From Eledone cirrhosa (lineage: Eukaryota), in assembly GCA_964016885.1 (NCBI GenBank), contig OZ024740.1, positions 260,834,001-260,898,000 on the forward strand: DNA of 64,000 bases. The letters run 5' to 3'. Each line of letters starts with the position of its first letter. The stretch's first letter is position 1. Made by a program: the position numbers and the translations under genes. A model generated the notes under the pieces. That model ran no database searches. It had not been told where the DNA came from and saw only the letters and a program-made list of their open reading frames with translations. Shown here piece after piece: positions 13,901-25,687 of the stretch.

Positions 13901-15235
13901 TTTATCGTGGCACCAGCACTACCACTTTACAGAGTGTACTGGGTATATTTTATCGTGGCACCAGCACTACCACTTTACAGAGTGTACTGGGTATATTTTA
14001 TCGTGGCACCAGCACTACCACTTTACAAAGTGGTGCTGGGTATATTTTATCGTGGCACCAGCACTACCACTTTAAAGAGTGTACTGGGTATATTTTATCG
14101 TGGCACCAGCACTACCACTTTACAGAGTGTACTGGGTATATTTTATCGTGGCCCCAGCACTGCCACTTTACAGAGTGTACTGGGTATATTTTATCGTGGC
14201 ACCAGCACTACCACTTTACAGAGTGTACCGGGTATATTTTATCGTGGCACCAGCACTACCACTTTACAGAGTGTACTGGGTATATTTTATCGTGGCACCA
14301 GCACTACCACTTTACAGAGTGTACTCGGTATATTTTATTGTGACACCAGCACTACTACTTTACAGAGTGTACTGCGTATATTTTATCGTGGCACCAGCAC
14401 TACCACTTTACAGAGTGTACCGGGTATATTTTATCGTGGCACCAGCACTACCACTTTACAGAGTGTACCGGGTATATTTTATCGTGGCACCAGCACTACC
14501 ACTTTACAGAGTGTACTGGGTATATTTTATCGTGGCACCAGCACTACCACTTTACAGAGTGTACTGGGTATATTTTATCGTGGCACCAGCACTACCACTT
14601 TACAAAGTGGTGCTGGGTATATTTTATCGTGGCACCAGCACTACCACTTTAAAGAGTGTACTGGGTATATTTTATCGTGGCACCAGCACTACCACTTTAC
14701 AGAGTGTACTGGGTATATTTTATCGTGGCCCCAGCACTGCCACTTTACAGAGTGTACTGGGTATATTTTATCGTGGCACCAGCACTACCACTTTACAGAG
14801 TGTACCGGGTATATTTTATCGTGGCACCAGCACTACCACTTTACAGAGTGTACTCGGTATATTTTATTGTGACACCAGCACTACTACTTTACAGAGTGTA
14901 CTGCGTATATTTTATCGTGGAACCAGAACTACCACTTTACAGAGTGTACTGGGTATCTTTTATCGTGGCACCAATACTACCACTTAACAGAGTGGTGTTG
15001 GGCATATTTTATCGTGGCACCAGCTCTACCACCTTACAGAGTGGTGTTGGGTATATTTTATCGTGGCACCTGCACTACCACTTTACAGATTGTACTGAGT
15101 ATATTTTATCGTGACACCAGCACTACCACTTTACAGAGTGTACTGGGTATATTTTATCGTGGCACCTGCACTACCACTTTACAGAGTGTACTGGGTATAT
15201 TTTATTGTGGCACTGGGTATATTTAATTGTGGTAT
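1961..15235. repeat. 48-bp tandem satellite, about 13.3 kb (roughly 275 monomers)
   Basis: Consensus GTGTACTGGGTATATTTTATCGTGGCACCAGCACTACCACTTTACAGA, with 47-, 49- and 51-bp variants. It explains every repetitive ORF in the track for this interval. Confidence 0.99.
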
Positions 15236-15510
15236 ATTTTATTGTGTACTGGAAGGATACAGGGTGCATGGTTCTTGCCGAGGGAGGGGATCTTCCCACA
15301 GAAGGAGAGTATGTCTGGGGCTATGGAGATGACCTTGAAGAGAATAACTAACTTCTGGCATTATATTGTGAGACGTGCCCGTCTTTCAATTTTGGAAATT
15401 GAACCCTTTCATTTCCACATTTCTAATGAAAAACGCTATTATTTTTAGATATCTTTTAGAATAAACCGATAAGTTTATGAAAAAAGTAGCAAGTTTTAAA
15501 ACTTGAATAT

Positions 15511-15625
15511 TCAACCGAGGTTAATATTGCCTTTCACCCTTACGGGGTCGATAAAATAAAATACCAGTAACGTACTGAGGTCGATTTAATTGACTTTCTC
15601 CTTCTTCCAACATTGTTTGCGTAAC
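15511..15625 (+). mobile_element. tRNA-derived SINE family 1, 5'-truncated
   Basis: Contains GCCTTTCACCCTTACGGGGTCGATAAAATAAAATACCAG, shared with fuller copies at 16830, 48684, 56215 and 59354. Confidence 0.8.
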
Positions 15626-15769
15626 TATCAGATATTGACTGATCGTTTCTTTTTTATATCGGTTGATATGTCCGGTGTCCTCAGCCTTTCCACTAATGTT
15701 TTCTGTCACCAAATCAGAAGGTGACATCACGCCTTAGGAAAGATTCATAAGAGGCGGAATAGATGATGC

Positions 15770-16010
15770 AGCGGGTATCGTTGGCTGTTCTTTGCAGTAA
15801 TTGTTTCACCGTCTTGTCCGTGAGGTGTAGCTGAGATGTACCATCTGACCAAGGGTGTAGAATTTGCCTCTTTCTCATATCTTCACCTCTTAACGGTTCA
15901 ACAAAAAGAAGTACTGTGGTCGATATGATCATCTGAAAAACCTTTTAAGGCAAATGCTCCAGCATGGCCACTGACTAATGACTGAAACCAGTAAAAGAAT
16001 AGAAGAATAG
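15770..16010 (+). mobile_element. Degenerate SINE (third family)
   Basis: 3' part GCTCCAGCATGGCCACTGACTAATGACTGAAACCAGTAAAAGAATAGAAGAATAG resembles a cephalopod SINE tail as I recall it. Single copy here, boundaries uncertain. Confidence 0.45.
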
Positions 16011-16084
16011 CACTACTTTCGGGTCTCGAATATTCGCCCTTCCTCCCGCTTATTAATTTATCAGATTTTTTTACATTCACACTC

Positions 16085-16790
16085 ACAACTCTTAGTTGCT
16101 GCACAAGACCAAACACTCGGGCCTATAGACACAGAATAGTGAAAGAGGGGACTAGCCCTCTATGCAGAATATGATACAAATACGAAGAAATAGTAGATCA
16201 TGTTATCTCCGGGTGTCCAGAGCTGGCAAAAACTGACTGATAGAAAGACAACCGCATTGCCAAATATGTGCACCGGATGCTCTGCCGCTCTCATGACAAA
16301 TTCTATGAAAATCAAACAAAAACAGTCATGGAAAAGGGCAACATATCCATCTTGTGGGATATACCTGTGATAACCGACCGAGAAATCGCTGGCAACAGAC
16401 CAGATATCATCGTAAAAAAACAGATTGGACATGTAGCCTTATAGATATTTCCGTACCAGCTGACAAGGATATATCTTTAAAAATGATGGTAAAACTGTCA
16501 AAATATAAAGACCTGGAAATACAGATCAACCACATGTGGAGGATGACCACAAACACTGTCCCTGTTGTAATAGGAGCATTAGGATTAATACCCAAATCCT
16601 CAGACCCGCACCTTAGCGTCCTTCCCTGCAAGATCAGCAAATATGAGCTAAAGAAGATTGGGCTTCTAGGAACAAAACACATTCTCAGACGAGTTCTCTC
16701 TCTACAATAAAACATCTATTGCCCTAGGTTCAAGGCTTGAACCCAGCAACAGAGAAACAGAGCAGAGCTAAAGGAAACAACAACAACAAC
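16085..16790 (+). mobile_element. R4/Dong-type non-LTR retrotransposon, 5'-truncated and frameshifted (copy R4-1)
   Basis: Fragments AAQDQTL, NRPDII and LIDISVP..KLSKYKDL..W..VPVVIGALG..HILRRVL match a restriction-like endonuclease C-terminus. Stop at 16710, short 3'UTR, then (AAC)/(AAT)n. Confidence 0.9.
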
Positions 16791-16829
16791 AACAATAATA
16801 ACTATAATAATAATCTACTAATATATAAT

Positions 16830-17014
16830 TGTTTCTACTATTGGCAAAAGGCCAGCAATTACCCAGTACATTACTGGTACTTTATTTTATCGACCCCGAT
16901 GAAAGGCAAAGTTAATCTCGGCAGGATTTGAACTCAGAATTGCAAGGGACGTAACTCTATGCGTCAAAGCATGGCGTCCGACCCTCTACCGATACTGCCA
17001 ATTCACCATCCCTA
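16830..17014 (-). mobile_element. Full-length tRNA-derived SINE family 1 with 18-bp TSD
   Basis: A-box-like TGGCAGTATCGG and B-box GAGTTCAAATCC on the minus strand. Direct repeat AATCTACTAATATATAAT at 16812-16829 and 17015-17032. The central motif resembles the Deu/Nin SINE domain. Confidence 0.9.
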
Positions 17015-17032
17015 AATCTACTAATATATAAT

Positions 17033-20000
17033 GTTTTCTTTATTAACCACGAGGGTTGACACAAAGTATGACATTAAGAACAACACAGGAAAAGACAGGA
17101 CGGTTACAAATGGGCATTTCTGCGTGTAAAAAACATCAAAAACAGAGGATGTAACACAAAAGAAAAAATTCCCGAATAGAGGGGAGACTTCCGAGGGACA
17201 CTTGTGGAGAAAGCCACGGTGACCCTGACCACCAGGGCAAGTACCTGCTCCCAGTTTTCCACCTTCAATTTACAGGCGCATACTCAGAGCAGGCCCATTC
17301 ACCCGGGCCATGCTTGACTCTCTCACCCATCTTTCAACACATTTCTGGGAAGAGAGCACTTCCCTCTCCACCCTGATATTCCTTTTCAAATGAAATTTAA
17401 AAAAGTTAATCAGGGCATCACCGAAGAGGTAAGTGCTCGTCTTCAGCACTTTCAAAGCGTCCACCACACAATTTCTTTTGCCATGGCCACCAAGCTGATA
17501 AAAACTGCCTGCCCTTCTTGGCTAAAGGAAGACGGCGGGGCAATCCTCACGATAGACTCAGCTGATAGCCGGATCCAACCTGCACGCATTAGCAGGTGTT
17601 CAACGTAAACCCACATGTCAGCAATGCTCGGACACTGGATGAGTGCGTGCAGGACAGTCTCGTCGCCCTGCGCGCATCTCGGACAGGCTCAGCTGACGTC
17701 ACTTCCATGCCTGTAGAGTTTATCCCGAACTGGTAAAGCTCCTCGGTAGCACTGCCAGGCCAGGGATTTCTGGAAGTTATCCATGGGCCCCGGCCCGAAA
17801 GTTCTCCCGAAGAGATTGGCTAGTTAATTTTCGTCAACGTCCAGAGTCTCCCCAAGGACGTCGTCGTTCTTTCCTTCCACTAACCCTCTATAGAACGCCA
17901 AGGTGGAGTTTCCACCGATCGCATTGCTCGATTGGTGGAGGGCTGTAAGCGCCTGAAGACATTCTAGTGTCTAAGCGCTCCCTCTCGGTTTTCGCTTGAT
18001 CCAGGACTGCAGCTCCGTCAAGGAAACGAGCTGGGGAAATACGTGTCTAGCAACGGCGACCACACCTGATCACCGTCAAGGAAGAGGTGGAGATGTCGTA
18101 GCCTGAGTGCGTGTCTGCGCATCATCAGCCACGGCATGCCCAGCCCTCCACGTAGCGGGTGTTGACAGCAGATGGACCGCCTGACCATCGGAGCGCGTCC
18201 CTTCCACAAGAAGCGAAAGAGCAAACGCTCCAGCGCAGTCAGGCGGGGCTTAGGACAAGGTACGACGGTCAGGCGGTAGTAGATGACGGATGCGATGTAC
18301 GCATTCGCCACCTCCGCTCGACCTTTCAGGGATAGCTTCCTCTCGGCCCATTTCTGGGTGAGAGAAGCCACCCTGCTCGTCACCTCGTCCCAGTTTTTGT
18401 CCGTCTGGAATCAGGACCGAACCAGACCCCTAGAAATTTAACCGGTCCGTCCATCCGGCGCCCGACGACGCTGTTGGACTGGATGGACCTTCCTCACCAG
18501 GTGCCGAGGCAGGCCCACTGACTTTTCCTGGTTAATCATTGCTCCTGTCATCGCCTCGTATTCTCTTAGTGTAGTGCCGATCGCCTCGATGTGTTTGGCA
18601 TTCGACACCACTACGGTGACATCGTCGGCATGACACGGTTCTCCTGCATCCCAGTTCGCGCGGGACGCTCCTCAACGTCTCCAGTTTGTGCAGTAATGGC
18701 TCGAGAGTCAATACGTACAAGAGGGACGAGAGGGGACATCCTTGGCAGACCGAGCTCATGATGTTGAACGGTTCCGAAAGGTGACCGTTCACTCTCACCA
18801 CAGAGCAGATGTCGCTGTGCATGGCAGCGATCCAGATAACGATGTTCGACCCTATCGAAAGCTTTCGACTGATCTTCGTTAGCTACCCTATCCACGATAT
18901 ATCACATCAGGTGGAGGTTGTCGTGGAAGGATCTGTCTGGAATGGTGCATGTCTGCGCCTCTCCTACCAGACCACCGACAAACGCCAACCTCTTAGCTAG
19001 CACCTTGGCCAAAATCTTGAACTCTGCGTTTAGCAGAGTTATTGGCCTGAAATTATGTATGTTGTCCCCCTTGTTTGTGTCCTTTCTCAGCTGCGCTACT
19101 GCTCCTCGGCTCACTGAGCTTGGAATTCTCCCGTTCTGCTGCCAATTGCAGTAGACGTCCGCCAAGAGGTCGTCGAACAAGTCTGGCATGTGTACGTAGA
19201 GCTCGTATGGCAGACCATCCAAACCGGGCGATTTACCCATCGTGCAGTCAGTCATTGCTACCCGTATTTCAGCGACTGTTATCGGCCTTTCGCAACACTC
19301 CGCCTCAGTGGCCGAGAGCCGCAGCAGGCCGTCGAGGTAGGCGCTAAAGCCCATCCAGCCTGGCATAGCTGTCTTAACTTTTTTGTTTGATAGTTTATTT
19401 GTTTCCCTCTGTATTTTGTTTTTGGAAAGGGAAGGAAGAGAATTTTTTCTTTTTGGCTTCTTTTTCTTTTTTTCTTTTTTCCTGATACCGTTTCCCACTC
19501 CTCGTCGTGACAATCAGTCTCCAGTTGCGATAGGTTGGGGAGTGGAAAATACTCCACAAGGCATTTGTTTTGGTTGAGGCGTGGTGGATGGTGTAGGCGC
19601 TGGTGCTAGTTCTGGCGCGTTGGGTGGTGGTGGTGTTGGTTTTGCTACTGTTGCTTCTGTTGTTGCTGCTACAGTTGTTGCTGCCATTTCTGCTACTGGT
19701 GGTGTTGATGGTTGAGTCACTGGGTGGGTAAGAGAGGTGGCCTCAACCTTTTAGCCTGAGGGCAGAAAGCCCTTAGGTGGGTTCCTTCACCACAAACGAC
19801 ACACCTAGGCCTTCTTCCCTCGACGATTACGGTGACGTGGCTGCCGTCAGTGAGGTCTATTACCTCTGGGATCTCCTCAATGCTTTTTTGGTCCGCTTGG
19901 ATCAGGAGCTCCATCCCAGATCCGGACCAGTTCTCTTGCTTTTCTTTAGCTATTTCGATTATATTGGTGTTGGCCTCGATGCCGGCAAGGACGGCAGCCA

Positions 20001-21014
20001 TTAGCCAGGGAATTTCGATGGCCGGTGGGACGTGGGTCACCCTGATCTTCACGAGTCTCTGGTCACAATAGCTTGGGACGAGTGTATAGTCGTCACTTCT
20101 TAATGGGGCCATGGAGCGTTCTCTGGCCTCCTGTGGTGTTCCAAAGAACAGTCCACGGTTCCATACTTCTGCCCACGTCTGATGTGGGTTTTTTTTGCCC
20201 ACACATGTCCCAAAGCTTTTTGGATTTGGGACTCGGATGCCAGTTCCACTCGGTGCGATTTTATATTAATCGGCCGATAAGACACGGTGCATAGGCGTCG
20301 ATGCTCCATTTTATTTGGTGGCGGGGTGAGGCTGACCCTGTACCTATCTTTCTTTACCATTTTCCTGGCTTCATTTAGTTCCTCCTGAGTTACCTGGATT
20401 GTTTCGCATGTTTTAGTTGCTTGGGCAAAACACACGATGTTGTTATTCTCATTGTTGTTGTTGCTGTTGTTGTTATTGTTACTTTTGTTATTGTTATTTT
20501 TAGTTTCAGTTGTGGTGGTGGTGGCGTCAGTGGTGTTCGGTGTAGAAGAGTCCATTCTGGGTGAATCCATTTCGATGTCACCAGATAATTTATTTTATTC
20601 TTTTGTTTCTGTGGTTGCTGTGATGGTGGTGGTGGTGGCGGCTTCAACACCTGCAGTCATTGGTAATGGCGGGAAATGAATGTCTGCATGAGACAAATTT
20701 AAATTATTGCAACTGCTTATATTTTTAGTGTTGGCAAACGTAGTAATATTTACAATGGTGGTGTTGGTGTGAGGTCTTAGTTTGTGAGGAAGGCTCTCCA
20801 GCTGTGAGTCGTCCATGATTTTTTTCAAAGAAATTTTTTGTTTAAATTTTGGGCTCAAGGCCCCAATCTTTTTGAGTGTCCTTTTCCGAAAGCAAATTTT
20901 GCGACTTTATAAATAGTTAACAACAAACATTTTCCATAAATGGCAATTTTAAACAAACGAAAACAACAAACCTTTGCGGAGCTCACGATGATACGATTTC
21001 CTACGTAGGTCGCC
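17033..21014 (-). mobile_element. Tx1-type LINE copy A (both ends intact, internal deletion)
   Basis: Same 5' terminus (GGCGACCTACGTAG) and 3' terminus (AATAAAGAAAAC) as copy C. ORF1 knuckle CVVCGEGTHLRAFC, RT pieces KSPGLDGLPYE and NFRPITLLN. About 1.7 kb (ORF1 end plus APE) is missing at about 19360. Confidence 0.93.
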
Positions 21015-21050
<36 letters not shown>

Positions 21051-21052
<2 letters not shown>

Positions 21053-23055
21053 TTTCTTTATTGGCCACAAGGGCTGACATTAAGAAAAACATTACAGACG
21101 GCACAGGACGGTACAGGACGGTACGATGTGGGTTTTGTACGTGTAAATATTTTTATTATTTATATAAGAAAAGAAAATAAAGACTTAGAAACATATATAA
21201 ATATAAACAATAAAAATGACAATTGAAACAATGAAAAATTCCCCAATAGGGGGAAACCTCCGAGGGTTACTCGTGACGGAAACCACACAAAAGGCCACGG
21301 CCACCCTGACCACCAGGGCAAGCGCCCTCTCTCAATTTTTCCATTTCTCAAACTACAGACGTATATTCAGAGCGGTCCCGTTCACTCGGACCATTCTCGC
21401 TACATTCACCCACCTTTCAACAAACTAGCTAGAAGGCAGCACTTGCCTCTCCACCCTGATTTTCCTATTCAAGTGAAACTTGAAAAAAGTTAATTAGGGA
21501 TTCGCCGAAGAGGAAAGTGTCTGTCTTTAACCCTTTCAACCATGTCCACCACACAATCTCTTTCGCCATGGCCACCAGGCAGATGAAAACCGCCTGCCCT
21601 TCCTCCTCGAATGAAGACGGCGAGACCATCTGCACAATGGACTCAGTCGATAACTGGGTCAGTCCTACACGCGACAGCAACTGTTTGACATAGCTCCACA
21701 AGTCAGCAATGCTCGGGCACTGAACGAGTGCGTGCACGACGGTTTCCTCGCTCTGCGCGCATCTCGGACAGGCTCGGCTGACGGCACTTCCGTGCCTGTA
21801 GAGCTTATCTCGAACCAGCAGCGCTCCCCGGTAGCACTGTCAGGCCAGGGATTTTTGGAAGTTATCCATAGGCCCCGGGCTGAAAGTTCTCCGGAAGAGA
21901 GCAAACAGCTGATCTTCTTCGACGCCCAGGATTTCTCCAAGAACGTCGTCGCTCTTCCCCTCCACTAGTCCTCTATAGAACGTCGAGGTGGATGTTCCAC
22001 CGATACTGATGTCCAGCTGGCAGAGGGCAGTGAGCGCCTGGAGACATTCCAGTCTCCAAGCGCTATCGCTCGGTCTTTTTCTAACCCAGGACTGCAGCTC
22101 CGTCAAGGAGACGAGCTGTGGGAAAACGTGCCTGGCGAACGGCGACCACACCTGTTCACCGTCAAGGAAGCACCAGAGATGTCGCAGCCTCAGCGCATAT
22201 TTGCGCATCATCAGCCATGGCATGCCAAGTCCTCCACGCAACGGGTGTTGACAGCAGATGGATCGTCTGACCATGGGAGCGCGTCCCTTCCACACAAAGC
22301 GGAAGAGGAGGCGCTCCATTTTGGTGAGAGTTGGGCCGGGGCAAGCGACGACGGTGAGGCGGTAGCAGATGACGGATGCGATGTACGCATTCGCCACCTC
22401 CGCTCGGCCTTTCAGGGATAGCTTCCTCTCGGCCCATTTCTGGGTGAAGGAGGCCACCCTGCTCGTCACCCCACTCCAGTTTTCCTCCATCTGGAGGTCC
22501 GGTCCGAACCAGACCCCGAGCAATTTAACCGGTCTGTACGTCCAACGCCCCACGACGCTGTCGGACGGCATGGACTTGCCTCTCCAGGTGCCGAGCTGCA
22601 AGCCCACCGACTTTTCCTGGTTTAACTTTTCTCCTGTCACCGCTTCGTATTCCTTGAGAGCGGTGCCGAGCATCTGGACGTGTCTGGTGCTCGATACCAC
22701 CACGGTGACGTCTTCGGCGCAAGCCGACTCGGATTTCCCGCATCCTAGTTCGCGTGGAATACCCCTCATCGCCCCAAATTTGTGCAGTAATGGCTCGAGA
22801 GCCAATACGTACAAGAGAGACGAGAGGGGACAACCCTGCGGACCGAGCGCATGATGCTGAACGGCTGCGACAAGTGACCGTTCACTCTCACAACTGAGCA
22901 GATGTCGCTGTACATCGCAGCGATCCAACCCCTGAAAACGGGCCCGAAACCGGCTGCCTCGAGGACCGCCGCCAGGTACCGATGGTCGACCCTATCGAAT
23001 GCTTTGGATTGATCCAAGTTGATCAGGGCCCCACTCGCGCCAGGTTCCTTAACCA
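21051..23055 (-). mobile_element. Tx1-type LINE copy B, 5'-truncated (subfamily 2)
   Basis: RT C-half (LINLDQSKAFDRVDH, QGCPLS, LSLKGRAEVAN, GGLGMP) and C-terminal zinc finger. 3' end CTTGTGGCCAATAAAGAAATC joins (ATT)12. Confidence 0.92.
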
Positions 23056-23434
23056 AGATCAACATAACAAGGTCTGTTTGTTGATAGATATGAGCATCCC
23101 ATGTGATCACAATATCGTGGCAAAAGAATTTGACAAGCTACGAAAATATAAAGAACTGCTTATTGAAATTGAGAAAATGTGGCACCTCAAGGCCGTTACA
23201 ATACCAATGATTGTGGGAGGACTGGGAATGATCAATAAAGGAACAGAACAATATTTGCGAATGATTCCTGGTTTACCCTCTCTGCACGAGGTGCAAAAAA
23301 AAATTGTTTTGACTGGTACTGCACACGTATTGAGAAGAGCGCTATCTCTGTAAGATTGATATCCCTCCTTGTATTTACATATGCATCTGCACATGTGTAT
23401 AGATGTATACAGTTTTTTTTTTTTTTTATTATAA

Positions 23435-25174
23435 CACCGTGTAACATATTTTTTGTCCCCCGGTTCTAAGTGTCATTTTCTGGTTTGTTATATCCTATTT
23501 TTTTTTTAAAAAAACACTATTATTTCATCAGAAGTTTGGGTTTGTGGTCAGGAGTTTGATATTTCGAAATTTTCATATTTTTCAAGAAAAAACACATTTA
23601 AAAAAAAATTATCAGTTCATATAATTAAATCAACAGAGTATATATTTATTTTATTACACAAGCTTATCAAAAGCAAACAAGTAAAAACAAATAACACTTA
23701 TAAAGCAACTTATACACGTCAGAAATGACTGGATTTCCTGGATTTGCGGTTGTAGTCCAGGTCGCATTCCCGCACTAGCCCCCAGATTTAGTCCCCCATC
23801 ATTTTTTCATTGTAGTGGCCCTGGTGCCTCCGCTCTATCTCTTTCATATCTTAGTGGAATCGTTCGCCTTGTTCTTCCGAGTAGGCGCCCATATTGTCCT
23901 TGAATTTTTCCAGGTGAGCGTCCAGCATATGGAGTTTAAGCGACATCCTGCATCCCATGGCGCCAAAAGCCTTTATCAGATCCTGCACCAGTTGTTGGTA
24001 GTTTTCAGCTCTGTAGTTGCCCAGGAAGCCCTTAACAACTGCCTTGAAACAGTTCCATGCTGTTCTCTCAATCCTATTGAGCTTATTGGAGAACTCCGTA
24101 GACTCAAACACCTTCTTTATCTGAGGTCCAACAAAAATTCCACTTTTGATTTTGGCCTCAGATAACTTGGGGAAGAACTCAAGAAGGTACTTAAAAGCGG
24201 CTGATTCTTGGTTGAGAGCCTTCACAAACTGCTTCATCACCCCAACTTAATGTGCAGTGGCGGCATGAGCACAATCCTGGGATCAACCAGTGGCTCCCAC
24301 ATGACGTTCTGGGTCCCAACTACAAATTCTGTTCGCTGCTCCCAGTTCTTTCTTTTGTAGTGGTCAGAGGTGGCTCTGCTGTCCCAAAGGCAGAGGAAGC
24401 ATTGGAATTTGATAAAGCCTCCTTGGAGTCCAAGCAGGAAAGCCACCATCTTGAAGTCTCTAATGATTTCACAATTGTACTGCTTGTATTGCAGAGATTC
24501 CAAGAGGACTTCCACTCTGTAGTAATCTTCCTTCAGACAGACTGAATGAGCTAGCGGCAGTGTCGGGAACTTGTTTCCATTGTGGAGGAGGACAGCCTTC
24601 AAACTTGTGGCGGAGCTGTCTATAAATAGCCGCCACTCCATGGGCACAAACGCCACACCAATAACGTCAAACAGTCCAGGCACGTCATGGCAAAAGCAGA
24701 GGTCATCCCTAAGAGTGTAAAAGCCTGAGAAAGGTTCGTGTCGACTTCTCTGACTTGTCACCTGCACTTCCTCCTTGACTAAGTTCCACTGCTTCATCCT
24801 GGAGACGAATGCTTAAAACACAAATTACCCTTTATTCAGGGTGCGAAAATCCAGTATAAATAAATCTCTTTAATCCACTTTTTAACAATTTTATACTTTA
24901 TTGCACTTTTATAATTTTCATTAGGTATTACTCTTTATTTTATAATTTTTATTTAACCCGAAACATATATAAAAAAATCATTTAACATAAGGAAATTAAA
25001 CTTACATACAACGTAACATCCAGCATACAAATAATTCTAGTGAATAGCTTAGAATTTTTACAAACCCAAACTTTTAACTGTTTAATAGCACATTTTTATT
25101 TATTTGGGACCTAAGCAAGACAAAAAAAGTGATTACAAGCCCGGAGCAGAGAAAAAAAATGTTGTTACACGGTG
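23435..25174 (-). mobile_element. Chapaev3-type (CMC superfamily) DNA transposon, internally deleted
   Basis: Terminal inverted repeats CACCGTGTAACA (23435) and TGTTACACGGTG (ending 25174), with TAA on both flanks as a 3-bp TSD, and transposase remnants inside. Confidence 0.85.
23720..24810 (-). pseudogene. Chapaev3-like transposase, C-terminal portion, disrupted
   Basis: WRLFIDSS..SLKAVLLHNGN, LLGLQGG..KF.CFLCLWDSR, PPLHIKLG / MKQFVKAL, MSLKLHML..HL, SEEQGERFH. Frameshift at about 24240 and stop at 23851. Confidence 0.85.
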
Positions 25175-25307
25175 TAATTAATGTGCTGTATTACCTGGCT
25201 TACCAATGCACACTGTGAATTTATTTGCCCTAGGTGTCAGGAAAACACTCAGCATATATCTCAGAATCAATAATGAAAGAAAATAAAAATGAAAATAATA
25301 ATAATAA

Positions 25308-25372
25308 TTGTTTCTACTTTAGGCACAAGGCCAGCAATTACCCAGTGCATTACTGGTACTTTATTTTATCGA
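25308..25372 (-). mobile_element. SINE family 1 3' fragment in (AAT)n
   Basis: Reverse complement of CGATAAAATAAAGTACCAG...GGCCTTGTGCCTAAAGTAGAAACAA, lying between two AAT tracts. Confidence 0.85.
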
Positions 25373-25393
25373 TAATGGTAATTTATATTATCG

Positions 25394-25444
<51 letters not shown>

Positions 25445-25687
25445 TTTTCTTTATTAACCACAAGGGTTTACATAAAGTAGACATTAAGGACAGTACAGGA
25501 CAAAACAGGACGGTACAAATGGGCATTTCTGCGTGTAAAAAAAACAGAGGATGAAATAAAATAACAAAGAAAAATTCCCCAATAGGGGGGAGACTTCCGA
25601 GGGACATTTGTGGAGAAAGCCCATTAAAAGACCACAGTGGCCCTGACCACCAGGGCAAGTGCCCTCTCCCAGTTTTCCACCTTTAAT

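Larger units (their letters stand above)
23056..25292 (+). mobile_element. R4/Dong-type element, 5'-truncated (copy R4-2), 3'UTR interrupted by a DNA transposon
   Basis: CLLIDMSIPCD..KLRKYKELLIEIEKMW..IVGGLG..TAHVLRRALSL, stop at 23353. The 3'UTR resumes at about 25175 with TTGCCCTAGGT (shared with R4-1) and ends in (AAT)n. Confidence 0.88.

Noticed and set aside
1961-15235. CRISPR-like array
   Set aside because: Monomers are head-to-tail with no unique spacers, there are no cas genes, and the context is eukaryotic.
173-15332. Dozens of long ORFs over the two satellites
   Set aside because: They are translations of 10-bp and 48-bp tandem repeats, with frequent frameshifting variants and no unique domain.
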